A stretch of DNA of 64,000 nt, taken from Mariniblastus sp. (lineage in GTDB: Bacteria > Planctomycetota > Planctomycetia > Pirellulales > Pirellulaceae). Where the stretch lies: contig JAKVBF010000010.1 in assembly GCA_022447555.1 (NCBI GenBank), forward strand, positions 205,257 to 269,256, written 5' to 3'. A program made the position numbers and the translations under genes. Positions 61,718 through 64,000 of the stretch are shown piece after piece; the first letter of the stretch is position 1, and the number at the start of each line of letters is the position of its first letter. The notes beneath the pieces were generated by a model. The model did not search any database and was not told the origin of the DNA. It saw only the letters and a program-made list of their open reading frames with translations.

Positions 61718-63472
61718 ATGGATGAGATTGAGACGGCCGCGACGGAGCAAACTGCGGCAGATTCGAGTCCAGGGCGTTCAGCAGTAAAAAAAAGTGGTTG
61801 GGCGCTCTGGTTCTGTCTCGGATTGATGGTTCTGATCCCCACTCTGGCTCACTTCTTGATTCAGCCTCCCGAACCCGTTGCGGGCAACGTTCCTCAAGAC
61901 CAGTTTTCTGTGTCTCGCGCCGAGTTTTTTTTGGAGCAGCTGGTAGCCGATGGAATCCCCCATCCGGCAGGTTCGGAGCAAAATCGGCTGGTACGCATGA
62001 AAATCGTAAGGCTGTTAAAGTCGTTTGGCTACAGCGTGACTTTGCAGGAAACGGAATCGGAGATCCACCGCCGACGGTTGGAGGCCGATCCGAACCGTTT
62101 GCCGATTTGTAATGTGATGACGCGTCTGGAGGGGATAACCGACGATCCTGCAATCATGCTGGTCACCCATTTTGATTCGGTCCCGTACGGGCCAGGCGCC
62201 AGTGATGATGGAGTAGGGGTTGCGGCTATGTTAGAAGTCGCACGAATGCTGAAACAGAAGGGGCCTCCTCGTCGAACAGTGGTTTTTCTATTTACCGATG
62301 GTGAAGAGTATGGCTTGCTGGGAGCAAAGAAATTTGTCGAACAACACCCGTGGGCCAAGCAGGTGAAATGGGTGATCAACTTGGAGGCGCGAGGGACGGA
62401 CGGTCCGAGTGTTATGTTTGAAACGGGGACGGAAAGTCTGTCATCGATTCGAGAATTTGCCTCGGTAAGCCGTCGACCCGTGAGTAGTTCTCTTTTCTTT
62501 GAGATTTACAAACGTTTGCCTAACGATACTGATTTTTCTGTTTTTAAAAAAGCAGGGATGCAAGGTTTTAACTTTGCTTATATTGGAAATGTCAAACACT
62601 ACCATACTCCCCAAGATAATTTAGTAAATGTCGATCGATCCAGTTTTCAGCACCACGGAGAAAACATGTGGCGGTTGGTTGCCGATTTAGCTTATCGCGA
62701 CGAGATGCCCGAAGTGCGGGGGCAGGCTGTGTATTTTGACGTGCTCGCCCGCCTGTTGGTGTGGTGGCCTGTTAGCTGGTCGCTTTGGTTGACTTCATTT
62801 GGCGGGGTGGTTTGGGTTGCGATTGGTTGCCGGAACTGGAAGCGAGAGCGGTCCTCCGGTTTGTCCTTGGCCGTTGCTAGTGGCTGGTTGCTGTTGTTAT
62901 TTTTTGCGTTGCTACTAATGGGTTGGATTTGTAACCTCGCTTGGAGTTTGGAGGGGCGATTAGATAATGCATGGCCGGAATCACCGCTGCCGATTTTGAC
63001 GAGCTTCTGGTTGCTAGGTGTGGTTACCTCGGCGGGTTTGAGGTTAGGCTTTCAAGGGCAATTAAATGCCTTTAGTCAATGGTGGGTGGTGTGGGGTGCT
63101 TGGATGTTGTTGGCAGCCGCGACGTCAGTGTTCCTTGCCGGTGCCAGCTACCTATTTATTGTTCCTTTTGTAATTGCGGTTTTAAGTCACGCAGTGCTTC
63201 GGGATCTGTTTCAATGTTCCATCGATGTTGTTTCACTTTTTGCGCTTGTCGCGACTTGCGTCTTATGGCTGCCTTTGGAATTGCTCTTTTACGATGCGGT
63301 GGGACTAAGACTCAATACGGTGTTGATTGGGCGCGTTGCTTTCGTGATGACCGTGGTTTGGCCGTTGTTTGTGGGAACACCAACCAAGGTTGTTTGGTGG
63401 GTTTTGGGAGTGAGTTCATTCGCTTTGCTTCTGTTTTTGACGGCTGGAGTTGTGGCTAATCCAACGGTATAG
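61718..63472 (+). CDS. M28-family metallopeptidase fused to a C-terminal polytopic membrane domain
   Basis: HFDSVPYGPGASDDGVGVAAMLE and FTDGEEYGLLGAKKF metal ligands. About 7 or more hydrophobic helices in the last ~240 aa. The ATG abuts the tadA stop. Confidence 0.82.
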   Translation: MDEIETAATEQTAADSSPGRSAVKKSGWALWFCLGLMVLIPTLAHFLIQPPEPVAGNVPQDQFSVSRAEFFLEQLVADGIPHPAGSEQNRLVRMKIVRLLKSFGYSVTLQETESEIHRRRLEADPNRLPICNVMTRLEGITDDPAIMLVTHFDSVPYGPGASDDGVGVAAMLEVARMLKQKGPPRRTVVFLFTDGEEYGLLGAKKFVEQHPWAKQVKWVINLEARGTDGPSVMFETGTESLSSIREFASVSRRPVSSSLFFEIYKRLPNDTDFSVFKKAGMQGFNFAYIGNVKHYHTPQDNLVNVDRSSFQHHGENMWRLVADLAYRDEMPEVRGQAVYFDVLARLLVWWPVSWSLWLTSFGGVVWVAIGCRNWKRERSSGLSLAVASGWLLLLFFALLLMGWICNLAWSLEGRLDNAWPESPLPILTSFWLLGVVTSAGLRLGFQGQLNAFSQWWVVWGAWMLLAAATSVFLAGASYLFIVPFVIAVLSHAVLRDLFQCSIDVVSLFALVATCVLWLPLELLFYDAVGLRLNTVLIGRVAFVMTVVWPLFVGTPTKVVWWVLGVSSFALLLFLTAGVVANPTV

Positions 63473-63531
63473 ATTTGTTGAACACTAGGCTAGTCACTGG
63501 GTCTTGGAGTTTTGGTAAGGTTGACTACACG

Positions 63532-63559
63532 AAAAAAGCGACCCCGTGAGCGGGTCGCT
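63532..63559 (-). terminator. intrinsic terminator downstream of the 63587-64000 gene
   Basis: Minus strand: AGCGACCC...GGGTCGCT 8-9 bp GC-rich stem followed by U6. Confidence 0.7.
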
Positions 63560-63586
63560 TGGTGAATTATTCATGCTAGTCGGTGT

Positions 63587-64000
63587 CTAGATGATTTCAA
63601 AAAACCGATCAAACTCATTTGAATCAAATTTATCTAATTCAAACTGTCCCGCTTCATCTGAGTCGACGTCGGATGAGTCATCACTGCGATCAAGGTCAAA
63701 TGAGCTTAGCAAAGAAGGAAGCGAATTGCTTGCCATCAGTTCATCGGTCTCTCCAGGCTGACGCATGAATTGCGGTCCGTTAGGATTAGAGTTGTCATCA
63801 TCGTCCTGGTCGTCACCACCAACAATGATGAACTGAGGAGGGTTGTAGTAACCTTCCATGCTTTCAAAGATGATGTCTTTGTTGCCATTTCCGAATGTCC
63901 AGTAGCCGTCGCCATTGAGAACGTTAGAAATGGTCAGGACATGACCGTCACCCGACTCTGCAAGGAGTTGAATGAAGTCACCGGTTGCTGTTCGGAAGGG
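63587..64000 (-). CDS. hypothetical protein with strongly acidic C-terminal tail, 5' end outside window
   Basis: The frame stays open from the annotated ATG (63859) to the window edge (translated by hand). The C-terminus is Asp/Ser-rich. Confidence 0.55.
   Translation of the reverse strand, partial: PFRTATGDFIQLLAESGDGHVLTISNVLNGDGYWTFGNGNKDIIFESMEGYYNPPQFIIVGGDDQDDDDNSNPNGPQFMRQPGETDELMASNSLPSLLSSFDLDRSDDSSDVDSDEAGQFELDKFDSNEFDRFFEII

Noticed and set aside
61686-62153. 155-aa minus-strand ORF antisense to tadA/M28 junction
   Set aside because: It is Pro/Ser/Arg-rich and overlaps two confidently assigned plus-strand genes.

Overview
The window is a chromosomal, mostly housekeeping segment. 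Its gene content looks planctomycete-like: an ECF sigma/Ser-Thr kinase pair, DUF1080, large PQQ-propeller/LamG and WD40/TPR secreted proteins, N-terminal zinc ribbons, rpoN and a Flp/Tad locus. This taxonomic guess is inference only. There are no rRNA or tRNA genes, CRISPR arrays, transposases or integrases. Recognisable genes are aroB, dprA, an RsbW/STAS pair, an Aas-like acyltransferase/acyl-ACP synthetase, a DUF368 transporter, ispE-spoVG, rpmA-obg-coaX-mnmE-like, rpoN, yaiI, mntR-like, dnaX-ybaB-recR, an EEP nuclease, htrA, nadC, arsC, glnA, tadA and an M28 peptidase. The ORF track misses several features. These are a 4.5S-type SRP RNA just upstream of dnaX, a near-consensus sigma-54 promoter in front of glnA, several intrinsic terminators, and an A9 tract in dnaX whose two shifted frames both stop at once. 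The A9 tract is a candidate tau/gamma recoding site and is followed by a perfect 15-bp x6 repeat. The least understood content is a minus-strand cluster at 35010-40053: two tandem paralogous secreted proteins, one fused to a HEAT-like module, plus a small anchored protein. Other items worth a second look are a hydroxylysine-kinase-like/phospho-lyase-like fusion, an ECF sigma coupled to a polytopic Ser/Thr kinase, a Flp/Tad locus with no ATPase or platform genes, a SpoVG with a zinc-ribbon insertion, and an MnmE-like GTPase lacking its C-terminal end. All family assignments come from motif recognition by eye. No searches or computations were run.
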